NCBI GenBank assembly: GCA_030583785.1
Contig: CP129475.1
Coordinates: 1,042,209-1,106,208 of the forward strand
Origin: Candidatus Dojkabacteria bacterium
GTDB lineage: Bacteria; Patescibacteriota; Dojkabacteria; B142; OLB20
Length of the DNA: 64,000 nucleotides
Direction of reading: 5' to 3'
A program made the position numbers and the translations under genes. Of the stretch, positions 47,722-57,968 are shown piece after piece. How positions within the stretch are numbered: the stretch's first letter is position 1; each line of letters begins with the position of its first letter. The notes under the pieces are model-generated. The model was not told the origin of the DNA. It ran no database searches and saw only the letters and a list, made by a program, of their open reading frames with translations.

Positions 47722-48321
47722 CTAAAGAGCAATTCTTTGTATTTCTTTGTAAGTAGATCCTTTTGCGTTAAGTGTACTTGCAACCAGAGAGAAATGCTGC
47801 GGTTCAAAACTTGGAACCTCTCCGAAATTCGTCTGTTCGATTTTTGCTTTTATTGCTCTACTTTGTGCTCTGCTCATTCCTCGTTTGGTTCGTGCAATCG
47901 TGATGTGATGAATGAGCTTGGCATGGTCTTTGTAGCGTTTGATGTCTTCTACATTAAGCGATCTGGCAATATCATGAACCTGCGTAGTAAGGTCTTTCAG
48001 CTCTTTGTTTTCGACTATATCCCAGAAGAGGAGAGAAGGCATGTTCTGAGAAGGAAAGCCAAAATTAAGAGTAGACAATGTAAGTTTCGGTTTGGCAAAA
48101 TTTCCGGATTGTTGTTGCAGGGCTTCGGTAAGCAAGTCTAGACTATCGTTTGATACTGAATTGCCAAGAAATTCGAGTGTAAGATGAAGTTGGTCAATAG
48201 GTACAAAATTGAAATTTCTGGCATCTTTACTGAATGTGCGAATAGAGTCTCGCAGATATGAACGCATATTTTCATCTGGAAAAATGGCGATGAAGAGCCT
48301 ATTATGCTGAGATTGATCCAT
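47722..48321 (-). CDS. thpR: RNA 2',3'-cyclic phosphodiesterase (2H phosphoesterase, LigT/ThpR)
   Basis: Two H-x-T-x motifs (HLTLEFLG and HITIAR). Confidence 0.8.
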   Translation of the reverse strand: MDQSQHNRLFIAIFPDENMRSYLRDSIRTFSKDARNFNFVPIDQLHLTLEFLGNSVSNDSLDLLTEALQQQSGNFAKPKLTLSTLNFGFPSQNMPSLLFWDIVENKELKDLTTQVHDIARSLNVEDIKRYKDHAKLIHHITIARTKRGMSRAQSRAIKAKIEQTNFGEVPSFEPQHFSLVASTLNAKGSTYKEIQRIAL

Positions 48322-48324
48322 TGT

Positions 48325-48906
48325 TTAGCCGTTCTTAGGTTCAACCAGACCGTATCCACCGTTTTCGCGCTTGTAAAGCATTGAATACTTGCCTGATTCA
48401 ATATTCTTAAATAGAAAGCTATTGTATCCTAGAAGCTCCATTCGTTCAATGGCCTCTGCTGGGTAGATCGGAGATTCGTCTTCGTATTGTTTGCGCTTAA
48501 TTTGTGGAACATAATCTAAATACGTATCTGGTTCGAGAGGGGCTGAATGCTCATCAAGAGTTTCTTGTATTTCTGTTGCCTTCCAAGGAGTTTCTTTTGA
48601 CCAGCGCTTGAATTGGTCGTTATATCTTTTTAGTTTGCGTTTAAGTATGTAGTCAATGTTATCAGTAATGCTTTCAATGTCTGAACCCTTACTCGAAGCC
48701 TTGATATAAGCATGAGGCATGTTTACCAGTAGTTCGATTTTTATTCTGGAATCTGCATTACTATGAGAGCTATGGTGTTCTACAACAACAGAAATTGAGG
48801 TAGCTTTGTCTAGGAGCTTTTTATGCTTGCCAATTTTTTTAATGATATGCTTTTGCTGGGCAGAAGAAAGGGAAATATTGCGAGTAGAGAAGGTTACTTC
48901 AGTCAT
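48325..48906 (-). CDS. hpf: Ribosome hibernation-promoting factor (long HPF)
   Basis: An N-terminal RaiA/HPF fold (TFSTRNISLSSAQQKHIIKKIGKHKK...) plus the C-terminal dimerisation domain. Confidence 0.85.
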   Translation of the reverse strand: MTEVTFSTRNISLSSAQQKHIIKKIGKHKKLLDKATSISVVVEHHSSHSNADSRIKIELLVNMPHAYIKASSKGSDIESITDNIDYILKRKLKRYNDQFKRWSKETPWKATEIQETLDEHSAPLEPDTYLDYVPQIKRKQYEDESPIYPAEAIERMELLGYNSFLFKNIESGKYSMLYKRENGGYGLVEPKNG

Positions 48907-48922
48907 TAAGAAAGAATAAAAA

Positions 48923-49738
48923 TTAAACTACTCCATACATTAAAACGATAAAGATTAAAAATACTACAAAATATTCTCCGATAATTGCCTTGCTCAGCGA
49001 ACTTACTTGCTGATGGTGGAATACAGCTACAACGAAATAGAATAGTAATGTGGATAACAAGGCAACTGCAAAGTTATTAAATCTAAATGACTGAAGTACT
49101 AATAGAAATGCAATTAATAATAAAGCACCAACGACAAGTGTTTGCAGGCTTCTATTGTTAATCTGCTGTTTTCTAATTAATAACAGCATTGAAAGAACTG
49201 TGTAGGCGATCAAGATCGCTGCTAGAGTTACCCAGCCACTGCTACCCAAAAATCCGAATGTTTGCAGTGCCGAATCAGAAGAGACGAACATCATGATTAT
49301 GACAATGATGTCGTAAATTGCGTGTGTACCTTGCTCAAGTTTGAATTTGTCTTCGTAGTAGGCCCTTACATTGGTAAATAATATCGAAAAGATAATGAAT
49401 ATTATTGCCAGAATTATTAAGTGGGTGGATTTCTGGTGATTGAAAAAGACGAATAGAACAAAAGAGAAGTATGCAAAGCTAGGCAGAATAAAATGATGGA
49501 TTAAATGGATTAGTTTATCTTTCTCGTCAACTTGTGGTAATTGAAATTGATCGAGTAGTCTTCTGGCGTAGTACTTAGTACTATAAAGCTCGAATAATAG
49601 AATTAGATATAGAAATACACTACCAACAAAATAAAATCTATCTGGAAGGTTTTCTAGCAAGGAAATTAAAAACCAAAAACCAGAAGTGATTACTAAAGCA
49701 TAAACTAGGGGGCGTTTTTTCCAATTTATAATATTCAT
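48923..49738 (-). CDS. Polytopic membrane protein (about 7-8 TM), function unknown
   Basis: Hydrophobicity pattern only. Confidence 0.5.
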   Translation of the reverse strand: MNIINWKKRPLVYALVITSGFWFLISLLENLPDRFYFVGSVFLYLILLFELYSTKYYARRLLDQFQLPQVDEKDKLIHLIHHFILPSFAYFSFVLFVFFNHQKSTHLIILAIIFIIFSILFTNVRAYYEDKFKLEQGTHAIYDIIVIIMMFVSSDSALQTFGFLGSSGWVTLAAILIAYTVLSMLLLIRKQQINNRSLQTLVVGALLLIAFLLVLQSFRFNNFAVALLSTLLFYFVVAVFHHQQVSSLSKAIIGEYFVVFLIFIVLMYGVV

Positions 49739-51165
49739 TATGACCCTAATCCAGTAAGAATATTTCCACTAATACTTCCAATTAAAACTACAATCAAAAG
49801 AACGGCTAGTATTGAAAAATGCAGATGCGAGCTGTTCCTTTTGGGGACTCCACTCATACCGGTTTTGTGCAGAACATAAAAATCAATGCCGAATAGTGAC
49901 ATAAGAAAGACAATAAACATCATATTTATTTGCACTTTTGCATCTTGACTCGTGATATTTGCGGCTAATGATTCCAGCACACCTTCGGAAAATGTAGTGG
50001 GTTTTGGCGATATTGTTTCTATTGATAAGACCTGTGCCATTAGTTGTCCTGTCGGTAGTTCTATGCTGGAACTGTTTCCGGCAAGATCAATTGCGGTCAA
50101 CTTTATGTTGCTAACCTGTCCAAGCAGGCTTTTTGAGGCTTCCCCTTCCCAGTTGTTGAGCGATCCTCGAAAAGTAAGTCCGGGAATGTTCGACTCGATC
50201 ACTGAAGCATCTGAATCTGTCTTTAGATTGATTATTACAGCATCATCTTCGTTGTAGCTAAGAGAAGCGACCCTTATGCTTTCTTTAATAATTTCAGGAG
50301 CGACCGTATCGACAGTAACTTGTACTTCGTTAGAAAAAGCTTGCAAGGTGTTGTTTTGGTAGGCTAATGCCTTAAATATGCTTGCTCCGTCTGGATAGGG
50401 CTCTGAAGGTCTAAAGGTAAATGATTCTCCTTGTGCTTCAACTCTCCCTTGTAGTTCGTTGTTGCGTTCAATTGCAACTTCTGAGTTAGGAATTGTCTTT
50501 CCGGAAATAGGAAAAGAATTGTCGTTTGTTACATATCCATTTTCAGGATTGTCGATTGTGATTTTGTTGCTACCCTGTAGAGTGTTGCCGTCTGATCCAG
50601 GCAGGTTTGATCCACTAAAGCTTCGTGAACCAAAATGGACAACTACTATTGTGTTATTGCGAACTCCTTGATAATTACCATAGGCAAAACCAATTCCAAT
50701 CTCTGTGAACTCGCCTTTAAGAACATTTTCACGATGGGTAGGACTGTTCATCCAGGCATTCATAACTGCACCGTTTTCTCTAAAGCCTTCGGCAAGGTTC
50801 TCTCCGGCAAAAACATAGGTGTATCCTGCGCTGTCAAAGAAATCCCAAGGTGATTTGCCTTCTGGACAGAAATGTGACCAGCAATCGGCTTGAAGCATCG
50901 CATTGGCCTTGTTTGTGGCTGAAACTATTAGGGAAGTATTGACACTTAAAGGTTTTAATCCAAATCTTTGTCTTTCTTCGTTATGCAATTGATATAGAGC
51001 CGATGCATCGACTGCAGCAGATACCGGGCTGACGATAGACCCGCTGAAAACAACATTAATTAGGATAAGCGCTACAAGGTAAAGCGACAAAGTAGCACTT
51101 CTGATTAGATACGGATGATAATTGTTATGTTCGTTTGGAATAACGAGAGAAATGAGCTTATTCAT
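49738..51165 (-). CDS. CAP/SCP/PR-1 domain protein with an N-terminal signal anchor and C-terminal TM helices
   Basis: CAP-domain motifs (HNEERQRFGLKPL...NAWMNSPTHRENVL...EIGIGF...VVHFG), then a beta-rich region and a hydrophobic C-terminus. Confidence 0.7.
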   Translation of the reverse strand: MNKLISLVIPNEHNNYHPYLIRSATLSLYLVALILINVVFSGSIVSPVSAAVDASALYQLHNEERQRFGLKPLSVNTSLIVSATNKANAMLQADCWSHFCPEGKSPWDFFDSAGYTYVFAGENLAEGFRENGAVMNAWMNSPTHRENVLKGEFTEIGIGFAYGNYQGVRNNTIVVVHFGSRSFSGSNLPGSDGNTLQGSNKITIDNPENGYVTNDNSFPISGKTIPNSEVAIERNNELQGRVEAQGESFTFRPSEPYPDGASIFKALAYQNNTLQAFSNEVQVTVDTVAPEIIKESIRVASLSYNEDDAVIINLKTDSDASVIESNIPGLTFRGSLNNWEGEASKSLLGQVSNIKLTAIDLAGNSSSIELPTGQLMAQVLSIETISPKPTTFSEGVLESLAANITSQDAKVQINMMFIVFLMSLFGIDFYVLHKTGMSGVPKRNSSHLHFSILAVLLIVVLIGSISGNILTGLGS

Positions 51166-51261
51166 GTCTCCTATTGTACTGCCTGTTTAAGCTTAAATCC
51201 ATATTATTAGAATGCATCTGGAGCAAAATTGCAAAATACGATATAATTGTGTTGCTTCTAC

Positions 51262-51333
51262 GCGGGCGTAGTATAGCGGTCATTATGTCAGTTTTCCAAA
51301 CTGAAGATACGGGTTCGATTCCCGTCGCCCGCT
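51262..51333 (+). tRNA. tRNA-Gly (anticodon UCC). CCA is encoded at 51334-51336.
   Basis: Hand-folded: acceptor GCGGGCG/CGCCCGC, U73 discriminator (Gly identity element), anticodon stem TCAGT/ACTGA with loop TTTCCAA, a 4-nt variable loop, and T-arm ACGGG-TTCGATT-CCCGT. The ORF at 51174-51428 is spurious. Confidence 0.85.
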
Positions 51334-51438
51334 CCAAAAAATTATCCCTACACAGTAAACCGATTCAGCTTTATGGTAATCGTCCGCTCGAACTTCTTGG
51401 TTGTTTGATTTATAATAACCTTAGTTAAAAATTGAAAT

Positions 51439-52476
51439 ATGCCATTCAAAAAATTACACAAACTTATGCGCGGAGATAAAGTAGCAATATTATCTCCATC
51501 TTTCGCCGCACCTGGTAAATGGCCGCATGTATATGAATTAGGACTTAAGAGAATCAGAGAGGTTTTCGAACTAGAACCTGTGGAATTTCCAACAACATCA
51601 AAGATAGGTGCTTCTAAAGAAGAAAGGGCAAAAGATTTAATCGATGCTTTTGAAAATAAAGAAATAAAGGCTGTTATAGCCTCACTCGGTGGTAATGATC
51701 AAGTAACTTATGTAAAGAATCTGCCTTCCGAACCTTTCGTGAATAATCCGAAACCATTTTTCGGTTTTTCAGATAATACTCACTTCATGAATCATCTCTG
51801 GCTGAATGGAGTTCCTTCCTATTATGGAGGAGCTGTCCTAACTCAATTTGCTATGCAAGGAGAGATGGATGAGTTTACGGTAAATTATCTAAAAAAAGCT
51901 TTATTTGAAGAAGGGGAATTTGAACTTAATTCTAGTAAAAAATATAACGATATTGGGTTAAATTGGAATGATCCAGAAACATTAAAAGCTAGAAGGACTT
52001 ATGAAGATAATGATGGCTGGTTTTGGGACGGAGCTCAAAGTGCAGAAGCTATCACTTGGGGTGGTTGTCTCGAATCTATTGATGAATTATTAAGGCATGG
52101 GATAGATATTCCAACATTGGAGCAATTTGAAGATATCGTTCTTTTTGCTGAGACATCAGAAGAGATTCCTAGCCATGAATATGTTCGAAGAGTTTTTAGA
52201 GCTTTAGGAGAGAGAGGAATTTTGGCAAGAGTAAAGGGCGTATTAATTGGAAGACCAAAAGCATGGGAATTCGATAAACCTAATATAGCTGAAGAAAAAG
52301 TTAGGTATAGAGAAAATCAGAGAAATACAATTCTTGAGACTGTAAGAGTTTACAATGAGTCAATACCAATCGTGCAGAATTTAGATTTTGGGCATTCTGA
52401 TCCTCAGATATGTTTACCTATGGGCATGACGACTAAAATTGATGTAGACTCAAAGACTATCAAGATTAACTTTTAA
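51439..52476 (+). CDS. LD-carboxypeptidase (peptidase S66, LdcA-like)
   Basis: Nucleophile-elbow GFSDNTHF, AVIASLGGNDQ (the GGYGS-equivalent region), and an N-terminal GDKVAILSPS substrate-pocket pattern. Confidence 0.65.
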   Translation: MPFKKLHKLMRGDKVAILSPSFAAPGKWPHVYELGLKRIREVFELEPVEFPTTSKIGASKEERAKDLIDAFENKEIKAVIASLGGNDQVTYVKNLPSEPFVNNPKPFFGFSDNTHFMNHLWLNGVPSYYGGAVLTQFAMQGEMDEFTVNYLKKALFEEGEFELNSSKKYNDIGLNWNDPETLKARRTYEDNDGWFWDGAQSAEAITWGGCLESIDELLRHGIDIPTLEQFEDIVLFAETSEEIPSHEYVRRVFRALGERGILARVKGVLIGRPKAWEFDKPNIAEEKVRYRENQRNTILETVRVYNESIPIVQNLDFGHSDPQICLPMGMTTKIDVDSKTIKINF

Positions 52477-52628
52477 GAATTATCTATATAGAAGCGCAGT
52501 TCGAACTTCGTGCAGTAGCCCGCTCCAATCCTTAATATTGCTTTCTATTTTCAGATTCTTACATCTTGGATCAAGGCATATCAATCTTAAATCTAATGAG
52601 TTAAGAAGTATCGTGTATAATAAATCTA

Positions 52629-52982
52629 ATGAAAGAACACAAGATTTATACTATGAGTTTTGGCAGAGTTTACCCTCTATATGTTGCGAAACTTGCTAGA
52701 AAAGGGCGAACTCAACTAGAGCTTGACGAGGTCATATTCTGGTTAACAGGATACAGCAAGCAAGACATAAATCGAATACTTCAAGAAGAAACTGACTTTA
52801 GATCCTTCTTTGCTAATGCACCAAGATTGAATCCAAAAAGAAAAGAAATTACAGGCAAAATCTGTGGTGTAAAAGTTGAAGAAATCGAAGATCCGCTTAT
52901 GCAAAACATTCGTTACCTAGATAAACTGGTTGATGATTTAGCAAGAGGAAAGAAACTTGAGGCTTTGCTTAAGAATCGCTAA
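52629..52982 (+). CDS. DUF2200-family protein
   Basis: IYTMSFGRVYPLYVAKLARKGRTQLELDEVIFWLTGY...GVKVEEIEDPLMQNIRYLDKLVDDLARGK matches my recollection of the DUF2200 family pattern. Confidence 0.5.
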   Translation: MKEHKIYTMSFGRVYPLYVAKLARKGRTQLELDEVIFWLTGYSKQDINRILQEETDFRSFFANAPRLNPKRKEITGKICGVKVEEIEDPLMQNIRYLDKLVDDLARGKKLEALLKNR

Positions 52983-54546
52983 GCTCTTGAATTAACAAAC
53001 TCTCTCCGCTCATTATCGCTGGCTTTTTAATCCCCATGAGATCTAAGATTGTTGGAGCAACATCTGCTAATGTCTCTCGAGGATCGAGTTTAACATTCAA
53101 GTTACTGACTAAGATAAAGGGAACAGGCGCTGTTGTATGCTGAGTATGAGGCTGATTATTTTCAAAGTCCCACATCATGTCTGAATTGCCATGATCTGCA
53201 GTAATTATCAGTGCATAGTCATCGAGTCGACCTTTAATTGCATTATAGATTCTGCCCAGACAGTAGTCGATTGATTCAGCAGAGATAACTGCTGCGTGGT
53301 AATTTCCTGTATGACCCACCATATCAGGAGAGGGTAGGTTGGCAATAATGAAGTCGAACTCGTCTGCGTCGATTGCTTGGATGATTCTTTTGGTGATGTC
53401 AAAATTCCTCATGCTAGGCTCGTAGTTATAGAAAGGTTTTACATATCTATTTGATTCGACCATAACCCATTCTTCGCCACTTAATTCTTTTTCGCGTTCT
53501 CCATTCAAGAAGAAAGTTAAATGAGCATATTTCTCGGTTTCGGTAATATGTAGTTGTTTCTTGCCAGCTTTGGAGACTGTCTCAGCTAAGGTTGATTCAA
53601 TTCTTTCTTTTGGAAAAGCTACATTAACAGTTTTAAATTCGTCGCTGACTTTAACAAAGGTCGTGAAGTTAACAGACTTTGGTGCAGATGTCAGCATCTG
53701 GCTTACCAGCTGATACAGTCTATCTGTTCGATAATTGAAAAAAATAACACTATCATTTTCTTGGAGCTTTGCTTGATTGTTAAGAACATATTGCGGAAAG
53801 AACTCATCAGTAATATTTTGATTGTATTCAAAGTTGATAATCGCTCTCCAGTCAGAAGCTTCTTTGCCGTTGCCGTTAATGATTAGTTCAACAGCGGTTT
53901 TGGATTTGTCCCAGTCACGATCTCGATCTAGAAAATATCTTCCTTGGATTGTTGCAATCGATATTTTCAGATTCTTGAACTTTTGAATTTCTTGATCAAG
54001 TCTTTGCAGGTATTTCTCGGCAGATTTAGGTGGAGCATCTCGACCATCTGTGAAAAGATGTAAATAAACATCATTTGAAAATTTAGATCCATCGATGAGC
54101 TTGAATAAAGCAAATAAATGCTTATCAAGTGAATGGACTCCACCATCTGACAAGAGTCCAATAAGGTGCAAAGCACCATTGTTATCTTCTGCTTTGGCGA
54201 TTGAGTCTTTTAGTATCTGGTTCGTAAAGAAGGTGCCAGTTGCAATGTGGTCGTTGATTTTTGGAAGTTCTTGTAATATGACTCGTCCTGCACCGATTAT
54301 TGTATGATTGACTTCAGATGTACCAGGTTGACCTTCTGGTAAACCTACAGCAAGCCCATCGGATTTTAATCGAGTATTAGGGTATTCTCGAACGAGTTTG
54401 TCGTAGTTTGGTGTTTTAGCGTTATCGATTGCATTAAATTCTCCTGCAGGGGATAATCCCCATCCGTCGATAATTAGACAGATTACTTTCTTACTTTTAC
54501 TCATTGTTCGATAATAACAAATCAGAATACAAAGCAATCTTATCAT
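52969..54546 (-). CDS. gpmI: 2,3-bisphosphoglycerate-independent phosphoglycerate mutase
   Basis: IIDGWGLSP...; the catalytic Ser and Mn-binding pattern; 525 aa. Confidence 0.93.
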   Translation of the reverse strand: MIRLLCILICYYRTMSKSKKVICLIIDGWGLSPAGEFNAIDNAKTPNYDKLVREYPNTRLKSDGLAVGLPEGQPGTSEVNHTIIGAGRVILQELPKINDHIATGTFFTNQILKDSIAKAEDNNGALHLIGLLSDGGVHSLDKHLFALFKLIDGSKFSNDVYLHLFTDGRDAPPKSAEKYLQRLDQEIQKFKNLKISIATIQGRYFLDRDRDWDKSKTAVELIINGNGKEASDWRAIINFEYNQNITDEFFPQYVLNNQAKLQENDSVIFFNYRTDRLYQLVSQMLTSAPKSVNFTTFVKVSDEFKTVNVAFPKERIESTLAETVSKAGKKQLHITETEKYAHLTFFLNGEREKELSGEEWVMVESNRYVKPFYNYEPSMRNFDITKRIIQAIDADEFDFIIANLPSPDMVGHTGNYHAAVISAESIDYCLGRIYNAIKGRLDDYALIITADHGNSDMMWDFENNQPHTQHTTAPVPFILVSNLNVKLDPRETLADVAPTILDLMGIKKPAIMSGESLLIQELSDS

Positions 54547-54622
54547 AATTACATCAAGTTAGTAGACTTGCCTTGAACATGGATTGAAGTAGTAATATAC
54601 TCTAACCACTTATTTAGCAAAT

Positions 54623-55933
54623 ATGGCAGACTCAATTCAGCATAAAGAGACACAAAACGCAATTCGTAACTTTCCGAATACATTGCATCCGGCTCTTCCA
54701 GAGCTTGTTAACGCTTTAATCATGATCAAGAAAGCTGCCGCTCTGGCCAACAAGAAAGCCGGAAATTTAGAAGGTAAGATCGCAGATGCAATAGTCGAAG
54801 TCTCTGATCAGTTGCTAAATAGAAGAGACGATTCAAAATTCCAGACCCATGCAATTCAAGGTGGAGCAGGAACTTCAATAAATATGAATGTAGACGAGGT
54901 GATCGCAACTTTAGCATCAGAAAAAGTCGGATTGAATGTCTTACCACTTGATCATGTCAATCTTAGCCAATCAACCAACGATGTAAATCCATCCGCTCTA
55001 AAGCTGGCTCTGTTGATTATTCATCAGTCATTACTAACAGAAATTGATCAGTTGGTTTCGGTTTTAAACGAAAAAGCCACAAAGTTTCAAGATGTAATCA
55101 AGCTCGGGAGAACGCATCTGCAAGATGCGGTTCCATTCAATCAGGGACAGGAATTTAAGGCATTTGCCGATACGATTTCCAGAGATACACAAAAACTCAA
55201 AGCCTCTGCTGAGTATTTGTTAGAACTAAATCTGGGTGGGACTGCTGTTGGAAATTCCGTTAATGCTTCCAAAGAATACATTAAACAGGTCTATATAGAA
55301 CTAAACGAGCTTACTGGCCTTGATTTTAAGCCTGCTTTGAATATGATTGCCCTAACGAGCTCGGGTTCAGATTTTACAAGTTATCAATACAGTTTACTTG
55401 TTCTATTTTCTGATCTGTCTAAAATGGCCACAGATCTACGGGTGTTAAGTAGCGGTCCTGCAGGCGGGATCGGAGAAATTATTTTACCAAGAGTGCAGGC
55501 TGGTTCATCAATAATGCCCGCCAAGGTTAATCCGGTTATGCCAGAATACATTAATCAGGTTTTTTATTATATAGCAGGAAAATCTCAAACCGCTTTACAA
55601 GCAGCTGAAGCCGCAAGTTTGCAACTAGGTATTATGTTCCCCGTTCTAGCTGATTCATTGTTAAATTCTGCAAAACTTGCCCATGATTCCATTCGTGCAT
55701 TTAGGGAAAACTGTGTTTCTGGAATTGAGTTAAATATTGAAAGAATTGAGAGAAATCTTCATGGTTCGTTTGCCTATGCAGCTTTACTGACTCCGGTCCT
55801 TGGTTATGAAAAGGTCGCAGAATATGTATCTAAAGCTATCAAGCAAAGCAAAGAGCTTAGAACGATTGTTCTAGAAAACGAAGAACTTACCGCAGAAGAA
55901 TTTGATAAACTTTTATCTATAGATAATTCTTAG
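54623..55933 (+). CDS. Class II fumarase/aspartase-family lyase (aspartate ammonia-lyase-like)
   Basis: The GSSIMPAKVNPVMPE signature (GSSxMPxKxN). Confidence 0.8.
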   Translation: MADSIQHKETQNAIRNFPNTLHPALPELVNALIMIKKAAALANKKAGNLEGKIADAIVEVSDQLLNRRDDSKFQTHAIQGGAGTSINMNVDEVIATLASEKVGLNVLPLDHVNLSQSTNDVNPSALKLALLIIHQSLLTEIDQLVSVLNEKATKFQDVIKLGRTHLQDAVPFNQGQEFKAFADTISRDTQKLKASAEYLLELNLGGTAVGNSVNASKEYIKQVYIELNELTGLDFKPALNMIALTSSGSDFTSYQYSLLVLFSDLSKMATDLRVLSSGPAGGIGEIILPRVQAGSSIMPAKVNPVMPEYINQVFYYIAGKSQTALQAAEAASLQLGIMFPVLADSLLNSAKLAHDSIRAFRENCVSGIELNIERIERNLHGSFAYAALLTPVLGYEKVAEYVSKAIKQSKELRTIVLENEELTAEEFDKLLSIDNS

Positions 55934-55943
55934 GGCAAATATA

Positions 55944-56696
55944 TTGACCGCTTCAGACTTTTCACTACATGATGCACTGTCTTTAAAGAAGAGTGACACC
56001 ATATTCGAGGTTCTTGGCAAGATGCAGTATCTTGAATCTACAATTTTACAAACGAGAGAATATTCTAATATCTTGCCATTTCACCATACATACTTCTTGA
56101 TTACAATGTCAGTTGTGGATCATACCTATCGGGCAGACGACTTTACAGGAGAGAAAGCTATCCAAAAGTTAGATGTGATTTTTGCAAAAAAGTATTTAGA
56201 CGCACTGTCTGCTTTTATCAATAATGGTGAGCTAAAAAGCCCTTGGAAGCAATTCTTTACTCTTGTATCTGAAACTGATCCTGATCCATTTGCTGTGCTA
56301 CTTGCTGGAATAAATGCTCATATCAATGGAGATCTTGCTATGAGCCTGGTGGATGCAGATTATCTACATTACGAAAAAGATTTCAAGTATGTGAATTCAA
56401 TTTTGTTGGACGAAATACCAAAGGTGATGTCCTTCTTGGTCAAGAATCAACAAAGTATTTTAGCTGCTGGGGCGTACATGTTGCCTTCATTAACAAAATA
56501 CGAATTTGAAAAGATAATCGTCAGATGGCGAAATGAGGCCTGGATAAACGCTGGACAGCTTCAATCTAAGAAGATAAATATCGAACAGATTCATGATAGA
56601 GCCGAAGAAATAGGAAAGCAGATTTGTAGTATCGTCAAGATTACCAAATTACCCGGTTTTCTATCGGATCTTGAACGATTAAGTTCGCTTGTCTAG
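55944..56696 (+). CDS. Hypothetical protein
   Basis: The ORF has no recognisable motif. Its start is uncertain. Confidence 0.4.
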   Translation: MTASDFSLHDALSLKKSDTIFEVLGKMQYLESTILQTREYSNILPFHHTYFLITMSVVDHTYRADDFTGEKAIQKLDVIFAKKYLDALSAFINNGELKSPWKQFFTLVSETDPDPFAVLLAGINAHINGDLAMSLVDADYLHYEKDFKYVNSILLDEIPKVMSFLVKNQQSILAAGAYMLPSLTKYEFEKIIVRWRNEAWINAGQLQSKKINIEQIHDRAEEIGKQICSIVKITKLPGFLSDLERLSSLV

Positions 56697-56709
56697 TCAG
56701 TAGTCTGTA

Positions 56710-57552
56710 TTAGCTAGTTACAGGTTGAATAAAGTCGAAATCCGGTTCGTCCTCTTTAATATCGCTGTGGTATTCTGCCTTTGCTGCCAAATTATTGATC
56801 ATACCTTTTGTTATACCTGGAAAGAAACGATACATAAGTGCAAAGTTTCTGGTTAATGCAGGAATTAGTAAGCGTTGCTTTTTTGTAAAGGCAAGTTTAT
56901 GAATGGCATTAGATAGATCTCGGACTTCAATAGCTTCTCCCATTTTTGAGATATCGATATTTGCTTTGTCGGCGTCAAAGAACTCTGTCTTAACTGGACC
57001 TGGATGAACAGTACTAACAAGAACTCCGTGAGGTTCAAGCTCTGGTCTAATACAATCTGCAAAACCTGTGATTGCCCACTTTGACGCAACATAAATTGAC
57101 CATTCTGGCAGTGTCACTAGCCCGGCCAAAGAAGATACCATAATCAGGTGCCCATGCTTTTGTCTTGTAAATACCTCTGTAGCATATTTTGATACCATTA
57201 TCATTCCTGTAATGTTGACATCGATTACGCTTTGGATTTGCTCGGTCGAAAGTTGGTAAATCTTCCCGATGTGTCCAAGTCCAGCATTATTTAATACCAA
57301 GTCTAATGTCCTGCCACTTTTTGCTATATGAAGGAACATACTTTTAATTTGATCGACTTTAGTTACATCGCAGGCAATAACTTCGGCAGTTCCTCCGACT
57401 TTTTCAACTTCTGCTTTAACAGATTCAAGCTTGTCGATGCTTCTAGATGCAAGATAAATGTGGGCGCCATCTTCGGCAACTCTAAGGGCAAAGTCTTTTC
57501 CGATGCCACTTGATGCACCGGTAATTAATACAGTCTTACTCTGGAATTTCAT
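56710..57552 (-). CDS. Short-chain dehydrogenase/reductase (SDR)
   Basis: TVLITGASSGIGK Rossmann motif, NAG, and a Y-x3-K (YVASKWA) active site. Confidence 0.85.
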   Translation of the reverse strand: MKFQSKTVLITGASSGIGKDFALRVAEDGAHIYLASRSIDKLESVKAEVEKVGGTAEVIACDVTKVDQIKSMFLHIAKSGRTLDLVLNNAGLGHIGKIYQLSTEQIQSVIDVNITGMIMVSKYATEVFTRQKHGHLIMVSSLAGLVTLPEWSIYVASKWAITGFADCIRPELEPHGVLVSTVHPGPVKTEFFDADKANIDISKMGEAIEVRDLSNAIHKLAFTKKQRLLIPALTRNFALMYRFFPGITKGMINNLAAKAEYHSDIKEDEPDFDFIQPVTS

Positions 57553-57605
57553 TAAGAATAGATAAAGAATTACAACATTATAGCGAATAAATAATCCCTG
57601 TCTAG

Positions 57606-57947
57606 TTATCGGTTGGGATAGGAATCGGGAGTATTTGATGGGTTTTGGTTGTTGCCTCCATCAATCTGTTGAATTTGATAATCAATGATTTTACTTATAC
57701 CTGTTTGATCGAGAAGATCATTGATAATCGGAACGGCAGATAATGAATTTACAAAAGATGCGAGGTAGAAGAGTACTAAGGTAAATCCGATGGTCGCCCC
57801 AAGTGCTGTAAAGATTCCGGTAAGTAGACTGCGAATAATTACTTGTCCTCTAGAATAATACTTGTTCTGCCTTTCTAGGTTTCTGTTCATTCTGAGAAGC
57901 TGATCTTTAAGATCAAGTTTTTCTGGAGTGGTTTCGGATTTCTTCAT
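57606..57947 (-). CDS. Small membrane protein, unknown function
   Basis: A single strong TM helix (IFTALGATIGFTLVLFYLASFV). Confidence 0.4.
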   Translation of the reverse strand: MKKSETTPEKLDLKDQLLRMNRNLERQNKYYSRGQVIIRSLLTGIFTALGATIGFTLVLFYLASFVNSLSAVPIINDLLDQTGISKIIDYQIQQIDGGNNQNPSNTPDSYPNR

Positions 57948-57968
57948 AGCAAATATTAGCAGAAAGTT

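Noticed and set aside
51174-51428. 84-aa plus-strand ORF
   Set aside because: It spans tRNA-Gly(UCC) (51262-51333). The reading frame is an artifact of the tRNA and its AT-rich flanks.
52491-52531. Possible second tRNA or tRNA pseudogene (GTTCGAAC T-loop-like palindrome plus GCCCGCTCCA)
   Set aside because: No acceptor, D or anticodon arms can be built, so it is at most a 3' fragment. It is reported as a low-interest finding rather than as a gene.
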